Shown: positions 25,757 through 33,306 of the stretch, piece after piece | How the letters are laid out: each line of letters starts with the position of its first letter | How positions within the stretch are numbered: position 1 is the first letter of the stretch | DNA from: Patescibacteria group bacterium | Lineage (GTDB): Bacteria > Patescibacteriota > Minisyncoccia > UBA6257 > HR35 | NCBI GenBank assembly: GCA_038065795.1 | Contig: JBBTQG010000056.1 | Location: 1-36,893, forward strand | DNA: 36,893 nucleotides | Reading direction: 5' to 3' | The notes under the pieces: generated by a model | Told to the model about the DNA's origin: nothing | The model's database searches: none | Seen by the model: only the letters and a program-made list of their open reading frames with translations | Position numbers and translations under genes: made by a program

Positions 25757-25829
25757 TGGAGACAAGGGGGCTCGAACCCCTAACCTCCGGTATGCAAAAC
25801 CGGTGCTCTTCCAGTTGAGCTATGTCCCC
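25757..25829 (-). tRNA. tRNA-Ala (anticodon TGC)
   Basis: Acceptor GGGGACA/TGTCTCC with G3:U70, anticodon loop TTTGCAT, T arm AGGGG-TTCGAGC-CCCCT. Confidence 0.85.
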
Positions 25830-25837
25830 GTAAAAAG

Positions 25838-26024
25838 GAGGGCGACAAGTGTTCCCTGCCCGCCATAGCCTTCTTCCGATAATTATAATTTTTTTATAAA
25901 TATTTCATAAATTTTATTATATTTTATATTTAATCGAATAAATGGCTTAGGCAGGCGGGCTTGTCCGCCATCGGCTATCGCTGAAGGCGATTGCAGGCGG
26001 GTACCAGCTGAACTAACGCCCCTG
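25838..26024. repeat. GC-rich element related to family A, split by an AT-rich segment
   Basis: AGGGCGAC (25839-25846), CTGCCCGC (25856-25863) and ATTGCAGGCGGG (25990-26001) are collinear with the reverse complement of 10218-10260. GC-rich arms flank about 75 nt of AT-rich sequence. Confidence 0.55.
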
Positions 26025-26054
26025 ACTTATCTATATTTTACCATTTCGGCGTTC

Positions 26055-27062
26055 TTATCGCAACAAAAAATTCTTTCCTCCCCTTACTTCAAAATGCAGA
26101 TGGCATCCAGTTGGACCGCTCACATTTCCAGTATTTCCAACAGACGCAACTAGGGTTCCCTTTTCAACATAGTCCCCCTGATTAACATATCTTTCTGAAA
26201 GATGACCATATAAAGTCATGACTCCATCGCTATGTTGAATTCGTATGTTTGTTCCGTATCCGTCATTCCAGCCATTAGATGATTCAATAACCATACCAGA
26301 ATTAGCAGAATAAACTGGCTTGCCACACTCTGCTGAAACATCAACACCATTATTAGAATGAGCTCCCGGCTGATCATATCCAGAAACAGGCGATAACCAA
26401 TTTCCAATAGGGGTTAACGCTTCAACAAATCTCCCAACTAATGGAATTTTGGCGATAATATTATTTTTTGACGCCACCGTAACATTCACTCCCGGTGGTA
26501 AATAAATTGTTTGACCAGCTATAATTGTATTCTTTTTATTTAATTGATTTAATGCAATAATTGTTTTTTCGGATACTTTAAATTTGTAGGCAATATGTGA
26601 TAAGGTTTCATTTTTCTTAACAATATATTTCCAATTATTATTACTTGGTAAAACAACGCTATGAATAACTTCTTCATAATTTTCCCAAGTTTTATCTTTA
26701 TTTAAAATAGAAAGAACGCTTAAACTATTTAAATCGCCACTTTCGTCAATCGCTATAGTAGGATTTATCGAATTTTCATAATTTATAGATGATAAAAAGT
26801 TTTCTTGAAAATCAGTTGTTGGGGTTGGAACTTTTTGTGCAAAACTAAAATCACCTCGCTTTATCAATAAAACGATTGCTATTATAAAAAATATAAATCC
26901 TATTTTTTCAAATTTACTAATTTTAATAAAACCAAAGCCGAAAAATAACGAATATTTTGTATTTTTTGGCGCTAAAAATGGTACCGAAAATGACGGAAAT
27001 TTATTTTCCGTCGCTGAAAATGAATTATCATTTTCAGCATTACTTTTCGGCGCACAAAACAA
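26055..27062 (-). CDS. LysM-domain M23 family metallopeptidase
   Basis: LysM (YIVKKNETLSHIAYKF...IIAGQTIYLP) and M23 (GVDVSA.., YGHLS, GPTGCHLHFEV). An N-terminal TM helix is preceded by repeat-encoded residues. Confidence 0.85.
   Translation of the reverse strand: MFCAPKSNAENDNSFSATENKFPSFSVPFLAPKNTKYSLFFGFGFIKISKFEKIGFIFFIIAIVLLIKRGDFSFAQKVPTPTTDFQENFLSSINYENSINPTIAIDESGDLNSLSVLSILNKDKTWENYEEVIHSVVLPSNNNWKYIVKKNETLSHIAYKFKVSEKTIIALNQLNKKNTIIAGQTIYLPPGVNVTVASKNNIIAKIPLVGRFVEALTPIGNWLSPVSGYDQPGAHSNNGVDVSAECGKPVYSANSGMVIESSNGWNDGYGTNIRIQHSDGVMTLYGHLSERYVNQGDYVEKGTLVASVGNTGNVSGPTGCHLHFEVRGGKNFLLR
26964..27053. repeat. Family 2 hairpin cluster inside the 5' end of the M23 peptidase gene
   Basis: GACGGAAA-TTTAT-TTTCCGTC and GCTGAAAATGA-ATTATC-ATTTTCAGC, flanked by TTTTGGCGCTAAAAA and TTTTCGGCGC. 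On the minus strand they encode CAPKSNAENDNSFSATENKFPS. Confidence 0.7.
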
Positions 27063-27198
27063 TTTATTTTTTTGTGCTTTATCCCTTTTAATTTAATATC
27101 ATTATCCACTATGTAAAACCCGAAAAGAGGGATAACTTAATTATAATATATCATTGCGTATTGTTATACTTAAAAGTGGATACAATCCACATTAAAAA

Positions 27199-29109
27199 AT
27201 GCAGAAAATAAGCCAGTTAATTAACGAATTAAATGAAGAACAGCAAAAAGCTATAAGTCATGATGGAATTAGCTTGGTTTTTGCGGGCGCTGGTTCTGGT
27301 AAAACAAGAACTCTCATTTATAAATTAGCGAATGTTTTGCTTAATGGATTTGACCCTGATAAAGTAGTTGCCTTAACTTTTACTAATAAAGCCGCGCAAG
27401 AAATGAGTCAGCGGGCTTTTGAATTAGTGCGAGGATTCACGCAAAACAAACGAAGCAAATTCGGAGTATTTGTTGGGACATTTCATAGTTGGGGAGCGAG
27501 ATTTTTAAGAAAAGAGGTGTCGTCTACCTTAACAATTTATGATACAGAGGATTCATTAAAATTAATCAAGGGAATTTTAAAAGAAATTGACTACGATTTA
27601 GACCCAAAATTTGTAGCTGAAACAATTAGTTCAGCTAAAAACAGATTAGGCACTCCTGAGGCATTATTAGAATCTGACTTTTCCAACGCATCTCTTCACG
27701 CTGAAATTTGGAAAATTTATGAAAAAAAACTTAGAGAACAAAACGCTTTTGATTTTGATGACTTGCTTCTCTGCTCCCTTAAAATGCTTTTAGATAATCC
27801 AGAACTCAAAAAAAAATATCAGTATCATTATGTTTTAGTTGACGAATTTCAAGACACAAACTTGCCGCAATATTTACTCGTAAAAACATTAATTGAAAAA
27901 AATAAAAATCTATTTGTTGTCGGAGACGACTACCAAAGCATATACGGATTTCGCGGCACAAATTACAGAAATATTTTAGAGCTTGAAAATGATTTTCCAA
28001 AATTACAAACTTTTATTTTGGGAAGAAATTATCGCTCAACGCAAAAAATTGTTGAATCTGCAAACCATTTAATTTTAAATAATAAATTCCAAAAGCATAA
28101 AAATCTTTGGACAAAAAATAAACCGGGTGAAAATTTAGATATTCTTGAAGCTTACAACGGAGACGATGAAGCCGAAATGGTTTCAAGCATAATTGCTGAC
28201 CTACTTTCACCGATAGGCAAAGCCCGAAGGGTTGAAGCGAGCGACATTGCTATTCTTTATAGAATGAATTTTTTGTCTCGAGCGTTGGAAGAAAAATTTC
28301 TTGTTAAAAAAATTCCTTATAAAATTTATGGCGGAGTTCATTTTTATCAAAGAAAAGAAATTAAAGATTTGCTGGCTTATATAAGAATATTGGATAATCC
28401 GCGAGATTTAATTTCATTAAAACGGGCAATAAATATGCCTCCAAGGGGCATTGGTTTAAAATCGCAAGAAAAGTTTTTTGCGTTAGGCGTTGATAACATA
28501 GAAAGATTGCTTGTTAATGGTGCTCAATTTAAAGGAATAGAAAATTTTATAAAAATTTATAGTCATTTGAAAAAATTGGCAAATGAATCTCCGCCTATAA
28601 CTGAATTCTTAAAAAATTTAGTTGACGCAGTTAGATATCTTGAATACATAAAAGAAGATTATGACAGAATTTTAAACATCTCAGAACTTATCAGCGTTGC
28701 GAGCAAATTTGATGATATGGAATTTAAAGACGCGTTTCAAGAATTTTTAAATCTCGCGTCTTTATGGCAAGCGCATGATGAAATTGACACAAATGATAAA
28801 ATTAAATTAATGTCAATTCATCTTTCAAAAGGTCTTGAATTTAAAAATGTTTTTGTTGTTGGAGTTGAAGAAGGAATTTTTCCACACCATAAAAGTATGA
28901 ATGGCGATTTATTTTCTGAAAACAGCGACTTAGAAGAAGAACGCCGACTTGCATATGTTGCCATAACGAGAGCAAAAGAAAAAGTTTATTTGTCATACAC
29001 AAAAAGACGAAAGCAATGGGGTAAATTTATAGATGTTATTCCATCAAGATTTATTAGCGAACTTCCAATAGAATATACAAATCGTAAAATTAACAATTTT
29101 ACGGCTTAA
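27199..29109 (+). CDS. pcrA: UvrD/PcrA/Rep-family ATP-dependent DNA helicase
   Basis: Motif I AGAGSGKTR, motif II VDEFQDTN, then GDDYQSIYGFRG and NYRST, with late motifs SIHLSKGLEF and RRLAYVAITRAK. Confidence 0.9.
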   Translation: MQKISQLINELNEEQQKAISHDGISLVFAGAGSGKTRTLIYKLANVLLNGFDPDKVVALTFTNKAAQEMSQRAFELVRGFTQNKRSKFGVFVGTFHSWGARFLRKEVSSTLTIYDTEDSLKLIKGILKEIDYDLDPKFVAETISSAKNRLGTPEALLESDFSNASLHAEIWKIYEKKLREQNAFDFDDLLLCSLKMLLDNPELKKKYQYHYVLVDEFQDTNLPQYLLVKTLIEKNKNLFVVGDDYQSIYGFRGTNYRNILELENDFPKLQTFILGRNYRSTQKIVESANHLILNNKFQKHKNLWTKNKPGENLDILEAYNGDDEAEMVSSIIADLLSPIGKARRVEASDIAILYRMNFLSRALEEKFLVKKIPYKIYGGVHFYQRKEIKDLLAYIRILDNPRDLISLKRAINMPPRGIGLKSQEKFFALGVDNIERLLVNGAQFKGIENFIKIYSHLKKLANESPPITEFLKNLVDAVRYLEYIKEDYDRILNISELISVASKFDDMEFKDAFQEFLNLASLWQAHDEIDTNDKIKLMSIHLSKGLEFKNVFVVGVEEGIFPHHKSMNGDLFSENSDLEEERRLAYVAITRAKEKVYLSYTKRRKQWGKFIDVIPSRFISELPIEYTNRKINNFTA

Positions 29110-29165
29110 AAGTTAATAAAATTAACATTAACTTTTAAGCTTTTTATAATTTAGGGTCATAAAAA

Positions 29166-30098
29166 ATGTTCTACAAAAAATCATTGGGGCAACATATATT
29201 ACACGGAGAAGGAATTTTGAAAAAGATTGCTGGGGCGTTGGGGGATATTGGTGATGAGATTGTTGTTGAAATTGGAGGAGGCACAGGCAATTTGACTGGT
29301 TTTTTGGTTAATAATATTTTTTTGCATACAACTTTTTCTCAGTCATCGCAGTCGGTTCGCTCCAGCGGCGAACCGCTGCTCATCTCTCACCCCGCCGACT
29401 CCTCGCTAACGCTCGGAGACCAATCTCGGCGGGGCTACGAGGCGTGCCCTCAAAAAAGTTGTATACAAAAAAATACCAAAAAACTTATGGTCTATGAATT
29501 GGATAATGATTTGGCGGAGTTGCTGAAAGGTAAGTTTCCGGATGCTGAAATTAAAAATGAAGATTTTTTGCAGGCGGATTTAGCTCAATTCAAAAATAAT
29601 TATCTCTTGATTGGCAATATTCCATATTTTATTACTGGACAAATTTTGCGAAAAGTTTTTACATTAGAAAATTATCCCAAAATAGCTGTTTTTACAATTT
29701 CAAAAGAACAAGGTGAAAAATTTCTATCCGTTCGCTCCGCTCAGGGTAAAGTAAGTGGAAGTTTTTGGAGTAATTGGATTAAAGTTTGGGGAAAAGTTGA
29801 AAAAGTTTGTACAATAAAAGCCAGTTCATTCTTCCCCCCCCCGAAAATTGATTCAATAGCGATAAAAATAAATTTTTATAAAAAACCAATAATTTCAGAA
29901 CCAGAAAATTTTGTAAAATTTTTAAAAATTATTTTTAACCGTCCCAAGCAAACAACTGTCAATAATTTAAAAGGCGCGTATGGGAATGAGGGTGTTAAAA
30001 AATTTATAGAGGAGTTGGGAACATTACGACCCCACCAACTAACATTTGAACAGGTTTTGAAGTTGTATGGAGCAATGACGAATAAAAGGTTAAAATAA
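29166..30098 (+). CDS. rsmA: 16S rRNA dimethyladenosine transferase RsmA/KsgA with a ~53-aa repeat-derived insertion
   Basis: SLGQHIL, VVEIGGGTGNLT and GNIPYFITGQIL motifs. Residues ~51-103 are encoded by the GC-rich element. Confidence 0.8.
   Translation: MFYKKSLGQHILHGEGILKKIAGALGDIGDEIVVEIGGGTGNLTGFLVNNIFLHTTFSQSSQSVRSSGEPLLISHPADSSLTLGDQSRRGYEACPQKSCIQKNTKKLMVYELDNDLAELLKGKFPDAEIKNEDFLQADLAQFKNNYLLIGNIPYFITGQILRKVFTLENYPKIAVFTISKEQGEKFLSVRSAQGKVSGSFWSNWIKVWGKVEKVCTIKASSFFPPPKIDSIAIKINFYKKPIISEPENFVKFLKIIFNRPKQTTVNNLKGAYGNEGVKKFIEELGTLRPHQLTFEQVLKLYGAMTNKRLK
29317..29473. repeat. GC-rich structured element (family 1) inserted in frame in rsmA
   Basis: A 21-bp AT-rich inverted repeat (29317-29337 versus 29453-29473, 1 mismatch) brackets the 108-nt core 29343-29450. 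That core aligns over its whole length with the reverse complement of 31346-31453. Confidence 0.85.
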
Positions 30099-30103
30099 AA
30101 AAT

Positions 30104-30538
30104 TTAAATAGTCTTAATTGTATCTATATTGTCAATTGTTATCCAAGCTGACATTGCGCCGAAACCAGTTTTGTCTATATTGAACGGAGTAATTTTTTGT
30201 GGATTTTTAAGAAAAATTAACATGCAATAATTTTTATTTTTAAATAACTCATAAAATTCTTGAATTTTATTTTGTTCTATCCCGTCATCTTCTCCGTATT
30301 CTTTTAAAATTTTCATTACTTTTTGTGGAGTTAAATTTTCAATTTGAATAACTTTTTCAACTTCTGCTTTAATAGTTACGGGTTCCCCGGAATCTTTAAA
30401 ATAAACAATTTCTCCGGATTTAATTTTATCCCAAGGCGAGTATTTTACTTTATACCAGCGAGATTCTATTTTCTTTTTTCCATTTAAAATTTTTTGTGTT
30501 AACCCCCAATTTTTTCGCATAATCGCCAAATGTTGCAT
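30104..30538 (-). CDS. ASCH-domain (PUA-like) protein
   Basis: 144 aa with GKKKIESRWYK (the ASCH K.iE.R signature) and a beta-rich pattern. Assigned from memory of the family. Confidence 0.5.
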   Translation of the reverse strand: MQHLAIMRKNWGLTQKILNGKKKIESRWYKVKYSPWDKIKSGEIVYFKDSGEPVTIKAEVEKVIQIENLTPQKVMKILKEYGEDDGIEQNKIQEFYELFKNKNYCMLIFLKNPQKITPFNIDKTGFGAMSAWITIDNIDTIKTI

Positions 30539-30571
30539 TTTTAAAATTAATATGAATAAAGTAAAAAAATG

Positions 30572-30644
30572 TGCGCCCAGCAGGAATCGAACCTACAACC
30601 TTATCCTTAAGAGGGATCTGCTCTGCCGATTGAGCTATGGGCGC
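30572..30644 (-). tRNA. tRNA-Lys (anticodon CTT)
   Basis: Acceptor GCGCCCA/TGGGCGC, D arm GCTC-AATCGGC-AGAGC, anticodon loop CTCTTAA, T arm GTAGG-TTCGATT-CCTGC. Confidence 0.85.
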
Positions 30645-30950
30645 GCTTCGCTTATGCTCAGCGTAAACTTCTCACTATGCTCGGAGTGAACTTTTTCGCT
30701 CAGAGTAAATTGTTTTATTAATTTTAACTTTTTTTCTTTACGCCAACCTTTTATTTCTTTTTCTCTTTTTGCGGCTTCATTACGAGAATTAAATCTTTCA
30801 TAATATTTTAACATTATAGGAACCTTATTTTTTTTGCAAGCAACTTTTTATTCTGGCATTATGCTCTGTGATTCGTCTTGTCAAATTTGAAGTTATACCA
30901 GTATAAAATGAACCGTCTCTACATTCAATTATGTAAACAAAGCAAATCAT
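30635..30950 (-). pseudogene. Frameshifted GIY-YIG (YhbQ/URI-like) nuclease gene
   Basis: Frame 1 reads MICFVYIIECRDGSFYTGITSNLTRRITEHNA and then stops after an A8 run (30828-30835). The +1 frame continues VPIMLKYYERFNSRNEAAKREKEIKGWRKEKKLKLI. The ORF tail runs into tRNA-Lys. Confidence 0.7.
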
Positions 30951-30985
30951 TATTTTTTAAGCTTGCCCTGAGCCGAAGCGAAGGG

Positions 30986-31059
30986 TGACCCCAACCGGAT
31001 TTGAACCGGTGTTCTCAGCTTGAAAAGCTGATGTCCTAACCAAACTAGACGATGGGGTC
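30986..31059 (-). tRNA. tRNA-Glu (anticodon TTC)
   Basis: Acceptor GACCCCA/TGGGGTC, anticodon stem TCAGC/GCTGA with loop TTTTCAA, T arm ACCGG-TTCAAAT-CCGGT. Confidence 0.85.
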
Positions 31060-31102
31060 TTATGCTGAGAATAAACTTTATTCAAGTTTTACACATTCAT
31101 TC

Positions 31103-31257
31103 GCGTCTATTTCCTCAGGCACCGGCGGTTCTCGTATTCCAGCGATTCGATCCCGCCTCGTGTCTCGGCGTCACAACCCAGCCGTAATTTTGAAAAGAAT
31201 TATACGGCTGGGACCAAGCTTGCGACGCCTCCGACACGTGCCTTCGGAAATAGACGC
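31103..31257. repeat. Long GC-rich imperfect hairpin (~155 nt) next to tRNA-Glu
   Basis: Base stem GCGTCTATTTCC/GGAAATAGACGC (12 bp), then GGCAC/GTGCC, CGTGTC..GGCGTC/GACGCC..GACACG, and apical CCCAGCCGTA/TACGGCTGGG with an AT-rich tip. A side branch runs GGCGG...CCGCC. Confidence 0.7.
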
Positions 31258-31320
31258 TCGTTAAATTATTACATCGTTATAAAATTTACTCTGTTGCAAT
31301 TTATGGAACTATTATTGTAT

Positions 31321-31481
31321 ACATTATACGCGAATATGTTTTATAAGGGCACGCCTCGTAAGTCTTGCGAGATTGGTCTCCGAGCGTTAGCGAGGAGTCG
31401 CAAGACTGAGAGATGAGCAGCGGTGAGCCGCTGGAGCGAACCGACTGCGGTGACCGAATAAAGTATATTCGCGCATAATAT
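31321..31481. repeat. GC-rich structured element (family 1), intergenic copy in reverse orientation
   Basis: The core 31346-31453 is the reverse complement of the rsmA copy, with differences concentrated in paired positions. It is flanked by a 17-bp imperfect inverted repeat (31321-31337 versus 31465-31481). Confidence 0.85.
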
Positions 31482-31489
31482 GTAATTTT

Positions 31490-31807
31490 TTACACGCTCC
31501 CGTTCTTTTTGTCTTTTAATTTTTCTAATACTTTATCTGCCCAAACTTGAACTTTTAACGACTCTATTTTTGTTTTTCTTATAAATTTTTCAAATACATT
31601 ATACATTAATTTTTCAAACTTTAACGCCTTTTCTCCTAATTTTAATCTTCTAAATTTTGCTCTAAATTTACTCTGAAAATTATTAAACCATAAATAATCA
31701 TAACCCATTAACTTGACTTTTCCCCCTCTTATTTTTATAAAAACAGCGATGCCTGTAAATATCAAAAGCGCTAAAATTGGCGAAAAATAAAAAATAAACT
31801 CCTGCAT
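31490..31807 (-). CDS. Hypothetical small membrane protein
   Basis: 105 aa with an N-terminal TM helix and a basic, helical C-terminus. It lies 12 nt downstream of tsf. Confidence 0.4.
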   Translation of the reverse strand: MQEFIFYFSPILALLIFTGIAVFIKIRGGKVKLMGYDYLWFNNFQSKFRAKFRRLKLGEKALKFEKLMYNVFEKFIRKTKIESLKVQVWADKVLEKLKDKKNGSV

Positions 31808-31819
31808 ATAATTTTGTAT

Positions 31820-32419
31820 TTATTCAGAAATTGATAATCGCGTAAATCGTCTTACTTTAATTTTTTCACCAAAATTATTTGCAATTTGCGAAATCAAATC
31901 TTGAATTTTCATTTTTTCATCCTTAAAATAATACTGATTTAACAAACAAATGTCTGAATACCATTTTTGTAATTTTCCTTCAATAATTTTTTCCGCCTTC
32001 GCTGAAGCTTCGGCGGACAAGTCTTGAACTTCCCCATATATCTCTTCTTTTTTGGATTTTAAAATATCTTCGGGGATTTCTTCTGGTTTAACGAATAATG
32101 GTTTCATTGTTGCGACTTGCAACGCAATTTCATGCGCTAATTTTTTGAATTCATCGCTTTTTGCTACAAAATCAGTTTGACTTCGTAATTCAACCAATGC
32201 TCCAACCTTGCCATTAAAATGAATATATCCTTCAATAATTCCAAATCCCGCAACAGCTCCTGCTTTTTTTGTAAGCAATGCTTCCCCTTTTTTTATTAAA
32301 TATTCTTTTGCTTTTTGTATATCGCCTCCACTTGATTCCAATGCTTCTTTACATAATCCAAGCGGCGCTTCAAGTTCTTGTCGTAAAGCTTTTATTTTTT
32401 CCAAAACATCTTTATCCAT
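31820..32419 (-). CDS. tsf: Elongation factor Ts (short form)
   Basis: N-terminal UBA-like IKALRQELEAPLGLCKEALESSGGDIQKAKEYL, then YIHFNGKVGALVEL and TDFVAK; downstream of rpsB. Confidence 0.85.
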   Translation of the reverse strand: MDKDVLEKIKALRQELEAPLGLCKEALESSGGDIQKAKEYLIKKGEALLTKKAGAVAGFGIIEGYIHFNGKVGALVELRSQTDFVAKSDEFKKLAHEIALQVATMKPLFVKPEEIPEDILKSKKEEIYGEVQDLSAEASAKAEKIIEGKLQKWYSDICLLNQYYFKDEKMKIQDLISQIANNFGEKIKVRRFTRLSISE

Positions 32420-32435
32420 TTTTCTCTGAGTAATT

Positions 32436-33281
32436 TTACGCCGCTAAGTCGTTTTGCTCTAACGGGGTAATATTAATGTTTTCTTCTGTGTTTTCAATTG
32501 GACTCTCTGCTACTGCGTCTAGTACATTCTGAATTTCTTTTTCTTCAAGTTCTTCAATGCTTTTAGTATTTTGAGCCGCCTCTGGATTTATTTGATTGAT
32601 AATATATCTCATAATCCATTTTATACTTGCAGGAGCTTTATCATTGGCAGGTATAAACATTTTAAATTTATCTGGATTATTATCAGAACCGCAAATTCCA
32701 ACAACAGGAATTCCCAGTATACCCGCTTCTCTTAACATTGTTTTATGCGGTTTGTAATTCAAATTAGCGGTAAAAATAAGAGCAGGAACTTTTGTGAGAT
32801 TTAATACGCCATCATAAATATTTTCCATTTTTTGAAGTTCTCGCAAAACTCTTCTCTTCTCTATCGGATTATATGAATCCAATTCTCCGTGGTCTTGTTT
32901 TGCTTTTAATTCTTCAAAAAATTTAACTCTCATTCTTATGGTTGAAAAATTTGTCAAAAATCCTCCAACCCATTTATTGACAAGATACGGTTGGTTTATT
33001 GATTTTGCAATTGCCTCCATTTCTTTAGCGGCGGCAGGCTGTATACCTACAAACAATATGGTTTTTTCTTCATCTAATAATTTTTTTAAAAATATACTTA
33101 ACTCGTCAATTTTTTCTAATGTTTTTACGGCATCAAAAATCTCTACGATTTTGCTGGATTTAATAAGGAACTCCCTCAATTTGGAGTTTGTAAATCTTTT
33201 CGCGCGACCATACTGAACACCATTTTCAAACATTTCTTTTACTATTTCGTCCTTGTTTTGTGTTTCTGCGATATTTTGCAT
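32436..33281 (-). CDS. rpsB: 30S ribosomal protein S2 with an acidic C-terminal extension
   Basis: The GVQYGR, ILFVGIQ, WVGGFLTNF and IPVVGICGSDNNPD motifs. Confidence 0.9.
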   Translation of the reverse strand: MQNIAETQNKDEIVKEMFENGVQYGRAKRFTNSKLREFLIKSSKIVEIFDAVKTLEKIDELSIFLKKLLDEEKTILFVGIQPAAAKEMEAIAKSINQPYLVNKWVGGFLTNFSTIRMRVKFFEELKAKQDHGELDSYNPIEKRRVLRELQKMENIYDGVLNLTKVPALIFTANLNYKPHKTMLREAGILGIPVVGICGSDNNPDKFKMFIPANDKAPASIKWIMRYIINQINPEAAQNTKSIEELEEKEIQNVLDAVAESPIENTEENINITPLEQNDLAA

Positions 33282-33306
33282 TTTTATGGTATAATTTAAT
33301 TATACG

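Noticed and set aside
25662-26010. tmRNA suspected from the ...GCTCCACCA 3' end at 25662
   Set aside because: tRNA-Ala occupies 25757-25829 within the span a tmRNA would need. No tag-peptide reading frame or matching 5' acceptor strand was found.
31052-31264. 70-aa plus-strand ORF
   Set aside because: It starts inside tRNA-Glu and runs exactly along the long GC-rich hairpin. Its Arg/Ser/Pro-rich product is typical of a translated GC repeat.
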